Positions 30,101 to 43,155 of a stretch of 64,000 nt of DNA are shown in pieces; position 1 is the first letter of the stretch; each line of letters opens with the position of its first letter. Source of the DNA: the human T2T-CHM13v2.0 reference genome, Homo sapiens. A program made the position numbers and the translations under genes. The notes under the pieces were generated by a model, which made no database searches, was not told the DNA's origin, and was given only the letters and a program-made list of their open reading frames with translations. The stretch is from assembly GCF_009914755.1 (NCBI RefSeq), contig NC_060925.1. One strand, 5' to 3'.

Positions 30101-30691
30101 TATTGTAGAGAAAAGTGACTTGTAAATCCAAAATTTCATACTGGGATAGGAACTATAAAAGAGACATCCTGCAGAATACTGAGATTATAAATAAAACTAG
30201 TATGTTTGAAGCATTTAGTGTCCTAGCTGTTTTATAGAAGTCATTTCATTTAATCCTTTCAACAGCTTTATGAGGTAGATATCATTACACTATTTTACTT
30301 GTGCCAAGAGCACTACATTCATCAAGGAAGGAGGAGGTAGTATCAAATTTTTCAGAAAACAAGAGAGTTGGTTATAGAAGGATGAGTAGGGTAGAGAGTA
30401 GGAGGAAGATGAGGCAGTGTGGCATTTCAGACAGAGAGGTGAATATGTAAGCACACAGGATGAGTGAGAGAATTGTTGGAATGTAGTCAGTTCTAGGAAA
30501 TAAAAGATGGCAGGGTCCAGATCATGAAGTTTGGTTCTTAACCTGTAGAAGACAGAAATATGATCAGACTTGCATTTCAGGAAGATAACTCTGTAATTGT
30601 TTGCAATTCCTGTTAAACGAAGAAATTTTCTCCAGCATTGACTTATGTTTATTAAATACATATAAAAACTAAATTCTAGAAACATCTTATA

Positions 30692-31006
30692 CAGTTATAC
30701 ATCACTTAGCAATGGGATACATTCTAGGAAATGCATTGTCAGGCAATTTCTTCATTGTACAAACGTCATAGAGTATACTTACACAAACCTAGATGTATAT
30801 CTTTGTTTATATTTATTTTTTCATATGGAAAACCAAATTTCTTAGCCATGTTACTGAATGTCAGTCATTTCCCTTACTTGATCTGCATCACCAACATTAA
30901 GTGCCATGTATCAGATTTCTATATATGTTCCATTATAATCTCATGGGACCACCATAGTACATGCGGTCCATTGTTGACAGACACATCATTATGTGGTGCG
31001 TAAGTG
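30692..31006. mobile_element. Tigger3 (MER7/Golem-like) element inserted in a MIR
   Basis: gggatacattctaggaaatgcattgtcaggcaattt and cattataatctcatgggaccaccatagtacatgcggtcc ends. TA flanks. Confidence 0.75.
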
Positions 31007-31349
31007 TACTTATAGTTTTACAACTACAAAGTGAAGCACAGAGAGGTTACATAACTTAGCCAGTGTCACACAGCTAATAAGTAGCAAAGTCAGGATTCGA
31101 CATGTTAAGCCAACTTCATGGACTTAACCACAGTCCTGTATTGCCACTCCTCTTCATTTAAAGGCATGCATGCACATATTAGATTTGGAGACAGTTCTAG
31201 AGACACTGAATTGGCAACTACAGTCGACAAAGAGACATTGCAGCAAGTACCTCTACGTTGTTTGTTTCTGTACCCTTAACTTGCAGTGGTCTACAAGAAA
31301 GAATGAAGGAAGGGAAGTGATATATTTGTCAACCCTAACTACATTGTAA

Positions 31350-31667
<318 letters not shown>

Positions 31668-33479
31668 GAAGCATTTTATGATGCTCACTACCAAGTGTTC
31701 ATAAGCGGTAAATAAAGCCCTTGGGCTAGGTAATGTAAGATCCATTGCAACCTGGAGATGAAGAACTTTGTAAAGGGGATAATTGTTATCACCCATCAGA
31801 GCATCAGAGTTTTAAGATGATCTAGATTTAGTCCCACTAATTATATTTCTCCTAACTTTTATAGACAGAGAAATCAGTGAAAAATATGTATTTCTAAGGA
31901 TTAAATCCCAATCCATAGCTCAAGGCTACCTTTATGTCTAATAGTTGTGATATAATATGTTGCTTAGAATAGGTTCTATAAATGGAATTCACACATAGGA
32001 CCCCAGAATCGCTTCTTCACAGGGTTTCAGAGTTGGAGGACATATAAAAGGATAAATCAATCCATAAATCTCTAAGTATTCCTAAAAGAAGAGTGGTGTG
32101 TCAGTTATTGGCACCAGTACATCATGAATCCTGCTGGGCTGTGGAGAAAGGAGAAACTAACCTGAACAAGACTATACTCTACACAGCTGTCCCTGACATT
32201 CTACCACCTGTTAGCATTCAGTATTAATTTCATGGATCAAATCAAGGCATGCAAGTGCATTAAATAACTTTTTAAAAAACAACTGCTGATTGCTGACGTC
32301 TATGAGGGAAGAAAAATTAGGGGCTGTTATTTTCCTATCAACCATCACTCTCATTAACAAGAACAGGAAACATTACGAATAAATAAAACTCTTACATCAT
32401 ACCAGAAAAAAGAACAGCTGAATCCCCTAAAGGATTTCATATTCTATCATCAGACAACGAAAGAAAATAATTCCATATAAATGGCTGCATGAATCATTGA
32501 AAGAAACTTCCCTGCTTTTTTAAAAGAGCAACTAGAAGTATTTACTTTTTGAAAATAGAGTAACCATTTGTTAAACCGTATATACCATTGAAGATGTTTT
32601 GGGTATAAAAGGGAATTTCCATAATAATTACATAGTAATCTTTTATAGCCAAAGTTATGAAGAAGATCAGGATTTGGGAAAATTGTGGTCAATATTTGAT
32701 TTTCCTTTTCTGTTTGATAGCCTTATCTAAATTCCCCTAGCTTGAATGTAGTAAATATGAGTGTGTAAAAATGTGTATCTAATTCACCTCTTGGGGGAGG
32801 TTTAATGTAACTATAAATAAAAATTCTTTCCCCAGGTTAAAAAAAAAGTTACATAGTGTTTAATTCTACCTTTTCTCATTTCTCTATATCCAAAACTATC
32901 ACCAAGTACTGTTAATTTTACTTTATAAAGCTCTCTTGATATGTCTCTTCAACCTCATCACCACTGCTTTAAATGAGGCATACTTCCTCATTTGGATTAT
33001 GGCAGCAGTCTCTCTTCCTTTAGTCTCTCCTTCAAATCCACCTCCATCCTTCATATCATCCATCATGTATTTTTCCCTGCCTAAATTCCTTGGTTGGCTT
33101 CTATTAAATCCAAGTTCCTTAAGCATGGCAAACAGGGGCCAGCTTCCACGAGCTGGTCCATACCTCTCCTGCCTTATTTCCTGACACTTTCCCTTATACC
33201 TTGAGATCCAGCTTGCCAGTATTTCCCCAATACCTCCACCGCATATACAACCACATACATATACACCCTTATCCCCTCCCTCATGTACCACCCATATATA
33301 ATTCTCTTTACCGCATCCTTTATCACACTCCTACAAGCCTTGAAGCAATCTGAACACAGAAACCATCTTTGATTTTCAACTCCTAATTGGGACTGAACAT
33401 ACTTGTCTTGAACACAGATTGCTGCCTTGTTAGTATAGGTATCCTAATATGGCACATGTGTATAGTTGAAGCTATAATG

Positions 33480-33767
33480 CATTCCCCAAGTTCCCTTTCA
33501 GGACTAAAGGGTTATTTCCCAACAGCTGGAAGTCCTGCTGCCAGACAGCCTTCTTCAGGAATTGCCTTGTCCCCAACTCAAGACAACCCTGAAGGACCTT
33601 TCCCAGTTTTCCATGGGGTCCACTGAGGCCTTGAGATTGTACTGAAGTCAACTTCTCCCTCTGCTGTCGCTTCCCTTCCACAGGTGTTTATCACAAGAAC
33701 AATCCTTAATAAACTTCCTGTAAGCACACTCTCAGAGTCAGCTTGCTGGGGAACCCAAGCTATAACA
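33480..33767 (+). mobile_element. ERVL LTR16-like solo LTR fragment
   Basis: tcaacttctccctctgc...ccttaataaacttcctg...ctcagagtcagcttgctggggaacccaagctataaca 3' end. Confidence 0.65.
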
Positions 33768-34194
33768 ACATGTTTATCTTGTTCACACTTTCTTCTGAGT
33801 TCTAAATCATGGGAAGTTACAGTTATCCAAAATCTTACTAATTGGAAGATCATTTCATCAGACGTGTATTGAGCACCTGCTTCATGTCAGGCATTGTGCC
33901 AGATACAATGGAAACAAATCAAGACTTGGCCTCTGTCCTTGAGTTTACAGTCTGAGGTGACAGTTACATATGAACCTAACTGTATTAAAGCATCTTGAGA
34001 ATCTTTTTGATTCAAATGTCAATAATTTTAGTATAAAATTCAAAAGCATGGATTTTGTGGTGTTACAAAGAACAAAAGGAAAATATTTCAGGGGAAGGAA
34101 AATGAATATAAATAAGTAGAATGAAATTTTAGAAGAGCACAGAATTTGTCTTTATAATTCTGAAAGCCTTTAGGGAAAAGGTAATTTTTTCACT

Positions 34195-34510
34195 TTTTAT
34201 TTTGACATAATTTCAAACTTACAGAAAAGTCACATGAATACTGAACTCCCATACACCCTTTATGCAGATATATCAGTTTTTAACATTTTCCCTCATTCTG
34301 TTTCTTTACACACATACAAATTATTTTTGTGAACTCTCTGAGAACAGGTTAAATACTACATTATATCACTTCATACCTTAAAAATGTAGTATTTCCTAGA
34401 AACAAGGGTATTCACCTCCATAACCACAATGCAGTTGTCAAATTCAGGTAATTTGACCTTGATCTTTAATCTACAGTCCAGATTCAGATTTTGTTAATTG
34501 TCCCCAAAAA
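34195..34510 (-). mobile_element. L1MC-like 3' fragment
   Basis: tttattttgacataatttcaaacttacagaaaagt...gaactcccatacaccctt. Confidence 0.65.
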
Positions 34511-34849
34511 GATGAGTTTAGGAAGAGTCATATAACTTAACATTTGTAATGTAAATTAAAGATCTCGGAAGTTTGCTAACCTGATTTAAATACCACAGTG
34601 AAATGAACCACTTCTGATTTTCTACGGAGAAAGCAAGGGTTAGGTCCAGGTTACCTGTAAAGGTGTGACTTAGGGCTCCCCAGAAGTGAACCTTGCTCTG
34701 GAGACCCCATTTGGTGAGGTTCTTTTCAAAAGAGATTGTATATTTTTGACCCAGGGATTGTCGATTTGTTGAGCTCCCATGTAAGTATGCCGCCTTGCCA
34801 TTGACAGGTCTTCACAATGCTTTCTTAAACGACATTCTTTGGAACTGTC

Positions 34850-35226
34850 TTTCATAGTCAGGCGACCCGCCAGCCAGGCCGCCAGGTAGGTGGAAGGGCG
34901 GCTTCGGGAACTAGATCCGGCTGGTTCTCTGCTAACATGTGGTCCTCGATGCTCTAGCGGATTGGCCCCAAACCTCAGCACACAGAGCTTTGGTAGGGCT
35001 GGGGATGCAGGTCAGCCTGCTGAAGGCGTCTAGAGGACTTGGGCGGGGGCGTGACTTCCTGCTGCACCACTTCCTTTCCAGCCACGTGGGCTTCTGGGAC
35101 CCTATGACATAATTTCTGGAGTGGTCTGTTGGGAGTTGTGGCGGCGGCGAGGCCCAAGCACAGCTGGCCAAGGCGGGTGTAAAACGCGGGTCGTGTCCAC
35201 CCCAAAGCTCGACGCCTCTAGAAGCC
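34850..35226 (+). promoter_or_regulatory. CpG/GC-rich promoter-like and 5'-UTR region of the PSME3-like retrocopy
   Basis: Sharp GC/CpG rise against AT-rich flanks. Inverted CCAAT (ATTGG 34961-34965), GC box GGGCGG (35041-35046), ETS-type ACTTCCTG (35054-35061) and CACTTCCT (35068-35075), CACGTG (35083-35088), degenerate ZNF143-type TGGGAGTTGTGG (35130-35141), Kozak gaagccATGG. Confidence 0.6.
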
Positions 35227-35967
35227 ATGGCTTTTCTGCTGAAGCTAGAGCCGGACATGCAGGGGAAAGTAGATTTGTTTCGAGCCCGTATCGCCCAGGA
35301 GGCCGAGGATCTCGTGTCCACCTTCTTTCCTCAGAAGGTCTTGGAGCTGAATAGCCGAGTTCAGGAGCTCCGGCTGCAAGACCTGTCCAGAATCCATTCG
35401 GTGCCAACCTCGGAGCCCCTGGCCACCCCAGGCAACAAGGGAGATGGGCCCAACCAAAATCTGCCAGTTCTGCTGACTCAGTTCTCCATCAAGGTCCCAG
35501 CACTGCTTGGCAGCGAGGGACAGCTTCTGCGGAGCAACCAGCATCTGGTGGAGTTGACTGAGTGGGTGAAACCTGAGATCAAGCTGCTGAGAGAGAAATG
35601 CAACACAGTGCACATGTAGGTGCACCCGCTTATCCTGAAGGTGGAGGACGGCAACAACTTCAGGGTGTCTATCCAGGAAGACACTGTGGACCAGCTGTGG
35701 ACCGTGGATAGCACAGCGGCCTCCTCTCTATGCGGCTTCTCCACCTACTACAACACCCAGGCCAAGTTGGTATCCAAGATAGTGAAGTACCCCCAAGTGG
35801 AAGATTATCGCTGCACTGTAGCAGAGGTCGACGAAAACGAGTACCTGAGTGTGCGCCAGATCCTGCTGCACCTACGGAACGAGTATGCCACCTTGCGTGA
35901 TGTAATCCTTAAAAACATTGAGAAGATCAAGATCCCTCGGAGCACCAACCGTGATAACCTATACTGA
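35227..35967 (+). pseudogene. Intronless PSME3 (PA28gamma/REGgamma)-like retrocopy, 246 codons, single in-frame TAG at 35617-35619
   Basis: ORFs 35227..35619 and 35620..35967 are contiguous and in one frame. Motifs MAxLLK, EAEDLV..FFP.K.LEL, VKPEI.LL.EKCNTV, EDGNNF.VSIQE, AKLVSKI.KYP.VEDYR and ILKNIEKIK.PRS..LY align to PSME3. The TAG replaces Trp139. No introns. Ends TGA TAG. Confidence 0.93.
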
Positions 35968-36455
35968 TAGCCTTTCTCCACCCCATTTGCCTTCAGGAGT
36001 TGGCGGAGCTGTTTAGGCACCTAGAAGGCTGGTTATTAATGACTCTACAGGTCATGAAATTACTGGAAATGTGTGTTACCATTTAGAATTTCATACAGCT
36101 TATCCTCATACTGAATCATCTTTTGGTGTAATTTTTATTTGATTTTCCTTTTGTGAGGAGAATGGGGACAAACCATCAAAAAGAAAAGACTGCCATTTTT
36201 AAAAGCAGCTTTATAGATAAATGTTGGCCCAAGGTTTCTTTATTATGGCCTTAGCGACATTGAATGGTTTTAGGGGCTACTTAAAAACTAAATCTTAAAG
36301 TTAAATGAAGTTTTTCCTAAAGTTCTGCTATCCGTTGAACTTTGTTCAAACTTACAGAAATGCTCCTTTTACAGCATCATTTTTCTTTTTTTGCGAGGAA
36401 CGGAGTTTAAAGGGATATGTTTAGGTCATTGTATGCCTCCAGTTTAACAGATTGA

Positions 36456-36461
36456 AATAAA
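36456..36461 (+). terminator. Candidate polyadenylation signal of the retrocopy (3' UTR about 0.5 kb)
   Basis: First AATAAA I can find after the stop codon, followed by T/GT-rich sequence (ttttgtgatgg...gtgtgctt). Confidence 0.4.
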
Positions 36462-36915
36462 ACTTGGTTATAAAATTTTGTGATGGCCTGAGTGTGCTTA
36501 TCTGAGCTTTAATTTTCGGATGTGGACAATTCAGATGATAATTTCCTACTTCAGGTGGACTCATACACTTGATATTTTTCAACTCTGATGGGTAAGAAAA
36601 GTAAGCAAAGAGTAATGTATTTTAATTATTCTAAACAAATGGACATCTACTTCCCTTAGAATGAAAAGAGGAATCTGTGGAAAATGACTTCCTTCCATAA
36701 TCTTCTATCATCTCAGGATCTTCATTTCTTTTTACACAATTTAGAATTCCTTCTGTATATCCGTTTGTCTCTTTAAGTCTCTGCTAAATCCATCAAGCTG
36801 TGTATCCTATAATACTTTTTCCCCCAGTTGATTTTCATTGCCCTTTCTTTTTGTCTCTTAGATATTTCTTAAAGTCCCTCATTAGCATTTCCCTCTCAGG
36901 TTATACAGGTCATTC

Positions 36916-37234
<319 letters not shown>

Positions 37235-37429
37235 TAAAGACTCTAAAATGTGGCTTTGTGTTCTTTTGCTACGTCGTTGAGGGGAAGCCATTGTCTTCTC
37301 AACAGTAAGCTATATGGTTGGTATTTTTAAAGTTCAGCATTTCCAGATTTCATTTGCAGGTAAGATAAATTACTGCACTGTGAGTCTATTCTAACCTATG
37401 TAGATTAGAAAAATCATACACTGGTTTAG

Positions 37430-37752
<323 letters not shown>

Positions 37753-38809
37753 ACGGAAACTTTATTTTCAAAGTAAACTCCTGAAAAATGATAACAAGTG
37801 AAACTATTCTTTTGTCGACCTTCTGAAAAGCCTGAGTCTTTCAAATCTGTGCTTAAAAAGCAACAACAGCAAAAGGTATTGCCTAATAGAAAGACGTCTT
37901 ACTTCCTTCCCCTTCAAGTAAAAAGAGTTCTTTTTATTTTCCCTGTAAGGTGTTCTATCTGATTCAGAAAAGTGCTGGGAACCCTAAATCAGTTCATACC
38001 ATTTGACAGGCTTTAATTGCACACAAGTGTATAATGGACAATGTAAGGGAAGAACAAATGTTGCTTAATTTTTCAACTAATGTTAATCATCTAAGACTTA
38101 ACATATCTGTTCCTCACATAATATAATCATCTTTTGCTTGTTTCTTTTACTCAAACTGTCAAGCTTTATGACAGATTGAAATAAATTTTCTCCAATCCCT
38201 GGCATGCCTTTTACTGAGAAAATATGTCCTTTGTAGTTAAAGATTTCTGGTATATGCATTTTTCACCTTTTTCCAACTCTGTATCAAATTAAGTTGGCTC
38301 TGGAATACTTTATAAAGTCCCTACTTCTGCAAAAATTAATCTCTTTGTGATTTTCCCCTTTCTTGCAAATGGTTGGAAAAACTTTTATAATAATAAACTT
38401 AGGAACTGGTGTTACAATATGGTATCCAATGTGAATCATTTGCCTGTTATTAGTACTTGTTACTTGAAGCCACGTTTTTGTTCCTTTTAAGATGGCAGCT
38501 GAATTGAGCAGGTGTTTTTTTTTTTTTTTTTTAAGAAATGGTTTTAAAAACTTATTTTGGAATTAAGTAATTTTAGTTTTAAATTCTAAAACTAAAACAT
38601 GAAGACCACTAAAATTTGATTGGAAGTTGAAATTAGTAGATCTAATTTTTATGATTGAGTGAAATGTCTTAAACCACATAAATGATGGAGAAGAGTCTTA
38701 AAGTTCTTAAACTTCAAACTTCTTAAACGTTTGGGCTTAGTTTTAAAAAATTACTGAATCGTTTATAAATTTTTCTTTGGTTATTAGAGGCAACATTTGT
38801 TTTGTAGTC

Positions 38810-39123
38810 TTTTTTTTTTTTTTTTTTGAGACAGAGTTTCACTCTGTCACCCAGGCTGGAGTGTAGTGGCGTGATCTTGGCTCACTGCATCCTCCACCTA
38901 CCAGGTTTAAGCAATTCTCTGCCTCAGCCTCCCGAGTAGCTGGGATTACAGGCGCCCACCACTAAGCCGGGCTAATTTTTTTTTTTTTTTTTTTTTTGTA
39001 TTTTTAGCAGAGACGGGGTTTCACCATCTCAGCCAGGCTGACCGGGAACTCTTGACCTCGTGAACCACCCGCCTTGGCCTCCCAAAGTGCTGGGATTACA
39101 GGCGTGAGCTGCTGTGCCTGTCC
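38810..39123 (-). mobile_element. AluS (Sg-like)
   Basis: Dimeric Alu with expanded middle T run. TSD ttttgtagtcttt. Confidence 0.93.
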
Positions 39124-39230
39124 TATTTTGTAGTCTTTATGAGGTTTACATATTTATATAGAATTCTTACCAAGTAGTCTCAACCATTAATAGATAACTG
39201 TGTGATCAATTTAAGTGATTTTTAATTTCA

Positions 39231-39597
<367 letters not shown>

Positions 39598-40343
39598 CTA
39601 TGGTTTACTAGCCTAACAAAATCATTACTATTTGTGTGTGTTTTACTTATTTTAAAGGATGCATATATGTTTTTACATCATTGCAATATAGTATATGCCT
39701 ACTTTTATAGAGGATAAACATCTGCATTTAAATCCAATCTAATATTATAACTTCGTTTGATAGATATCCCCTGATTCAGATAACAGATACATCCATTCCC
39801 CCAAATATTTTTAAGGCTCTGTTTCCTAATTGTGAAAATGATACTTGTCTGAGGCAGGAATTGTGATTAGAGTATGGAACATAGAGATCAAGTAGCTGGG
39901 AGGAAATGTGCCTATATGACTGTGAGAATGTCTAGATATTTAGAATAGGGTTTTACTCTGCTTTTAGGTTGGGGCTTCATAATAGCTTTAGCAACATATC
40001 TGATCATTTTATTACTCAGTGCTTTTTCCCTCCCCCTAGAGCATTTAATTACCTCTAAAAATATGTACAAGAAAGCATTCATGCCTTATACTGATTAGAT
40101 GAACTGTTTCAGCTTTCATGATTTGGTATGAGTAGGAGGGAATTCTACTTCCTCTGTCAGCACTTAAACATTTCTGGAAAATGCTGTAGTGCATTGACAT
40201 CAGGCATTTTTAAAAAATTACTGATCTTTGAGAAAAAATAAAGGACCCAGTGAGTTACAGAAATAGATGCTGGACCATCCCTGTTCTCTGCATTAGAAAA
40301 CTATACTGCTAACACATAGAAATAACTGCTCACCTTGAACTGA

Positions 40344-40670
<327 letters not shown>

Positions 40671-41425
40671 TCCATATTGGATGATTATACATTTGTATAT
40701 ATTTTTCTTTGCTTGCTTTATTTTGATGAGTCTTCAAGTCAGTAGCAGAATTTTATTAGTGAAGTGTAGTAATCCCAGTTACTCAAATTTAAAATGTTTC
40801 ACTAGTAAACTGAATTTAACGAATTCTCTTTCATAGAGAATGTTGTGTTATTTTTACTTATTGGTGAAAACCTAGCTGGTGCAGATGAACAGGAATCGAA
40901 CCTATTATCAGTAAAATTAGATTCCTTTTACAATTTGGCCATTTATTTTAGCTTTATTATTTAATCTCATTTTTACAAAGTTATGCAATAGTATATTGGA
41001 AAAATAATATTGCTTTGAAAGTGTGAAGTATTTAGAATTTCTTAAATAAATATATAGTTTCCAGTTTAGATGTTTGAGATTTAGAGGTGTACTTTTAGCC
41101 CCTTGTTTTATAGATGAAGAAATTTAGAATCAGAGATATATATGGCAGCACACAACTCATCTGTGACAAAACAAGGTCTAGAAGTCAAATCATCTTCCAT
41201 TTCAGGCTAGTGCACTTTTCACTGCACTTTACTATGTTCTAATCAGTAAATAAAATTACATTAGAAGAGAGTTCTTTCAGAAATACGCAAACCAGTAAAA
41301 TTTCAACAAATTAACATCCCTTTCAAGTTGTGTGTTATTTTTTTCTGCAAAATGTAAGAGAAGTTGAAATGTTTCCAACTCAGAATGGACTATAATATTT
41401 TTACTGAATTAAATATTATGTAAAG

Positions 41426-41731
41426 AGCTGGGCTCGGTGGCACACACCTGTAATCCTAGCACTTTGGGAGGCTGAAGCGGGCGGCTTGCCTGAGCTCAGG
41501 AGTTTGAGACCAGCCTGGGCAACACGATGAAACTCCATCTCTACTAAAATACAAAAAGTTAGCCGGGCATGGTGGCATGCACCTGTAGTCCCAGCTACTC
41601 ACAGGCTGAGGCGGGGGTGGGTGGATCACTTGAGCCTGGGGAAACAGCGATTTCAGTGAGTCAAGGTGCCATTGCACTCCAGCCTGGGAAACAGAGCGAG
41701 ACCCTGTCTCAAAAAATAAAATAAATAAAAA
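41426..41731 (+). mobile_element. Alu (J-like)
   Basis: gctgggctcggtggcacacacctgtaatcctagc... plus (A/T) tail. Confidence 0.9.
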
Positions 41732-41909
41732 TATTCTACTGGCCAACTCCTCCCCCACCTTCTAACCTTCAGCACCAAAGAACTGCTACATAGATTTGTC
41801 ATGGCTGCTGCTCCTAAAAAACCTACAGAATAAAAGGGGAAAGAAGAGCTGTAGTTTTCTGTTCGGGAGGAAGCCTGAAAGGGTCATTTCCCAAAAGAAG
41901 TTTATCTTT

Positions 41910-42222
41910 TAGAGCTGGACTGGTCAGTACAGTAGTCACTAGTCTTGAAATGTAGCTAGTCCTAACTGAGATGTGCTGTAAGTGTAAAATACACACTAGA
42001 TTTTGAAGACTTAGGGTGAAGAAAAAGTAAAATATTTTAATAACGCTTATGTTGCTTACGTGTTGAGTGATAATATTTTGGATACATTAAATAAAGTAGA
42101 TTATTAAAATTAAATTTATATGTTTCCTTTTACTTTTTTATTTTGTGTGCCCGAAATTTTAAGGTTATATATGTGGCTTGCTTATATGCCTCACAGTATA
42201 TTTCTATTAAACAACACTGCTC
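41910..42222. mobile_element. MER33/MER3-like hAT-Charlie MITE
   Basis: ctgagatgtgctgtaagtgtaaaatacacac.agattttgaagacttag...tatatttctattaaacaacactgctct. Confidence 0.7.
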
Positions 42223-42774
42223 TGGAACTAAGATTTCTAAGGTAACTGAGATGATCCTTGGAGTTGAGCCTAAACCTGCTCTTGTGGTATATTTTGGAGA
42301 TGTGGGTTTCCATTAAGTATAGATTTTTTTGACTCCTAGTAAATTTTTATTGATTCGTCATCTGGTTCATAATGTACAATTCAGTAAAAGCCATTCAGAG
42401 AGAGGCTAAACATTGTAAGCCAAACCTTCTTACAGTGCAACTTGGTCTTGGAACTTAGAATGCTTACAGGAATGGATGGCTAGCATGTGCTTTATGCAAG
42501 CCTTTTAAATATCATATCCAGGCTTTTGGTGAGAGACTAGAGTACTAATATTCTGTATTGCTAATTCAGGGCTGCTCCATATGCTTTATAAACCAAATAG
42601 AGGGTAGATTTAGCATGAATATTGAGACATTTACCCAGTGTTTTTATCTGGATGAAAGAATAACGTACCTCTGGTGCCTCGAGAGTACCTATAGGCAGTT
42701 AGGCTTTTTCTCAAGGAGCAATATTTGAACACTCAATTAAATCCCCATGATTTCATTGAATTCCCATAATATAG

Positions 42775-43155
<381 letters not shown>

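Noticed and set aside
34961-35103. ERSE or ERSE-II element in the retrocopy promoter
   Set aside because: CCACG and ATTGG are both present, but not in CCAAT-N9-CCACG or ATTGG-N-CCACG spacing on either strand.
35227-35967. Calling it an intact gene, PSME3 itself, or a PSME1/PSME2 copy
   Set aside because: It has an in-frame TAG followed by G (not a known leaky readthrough context), is intronless and is too divergent to be PSME3. The N-terminus, VSIQE, AKLVSKI and ILKNIEKIK motifs are gamma-type.
34670-36020. Overlapping antisense and alternative-frame ORFs around the retrocopy
   Set aside because: Expected shadows of GC-rich coding-like sequence, with no recognisable protein similarity.
35971-36520. 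Poly(A) tail remnant and target-site duplications of the retrocopy
   Set aside because: None recognisable, which is consistent with an old insertion. The retro-origin rests on the lack of introns.
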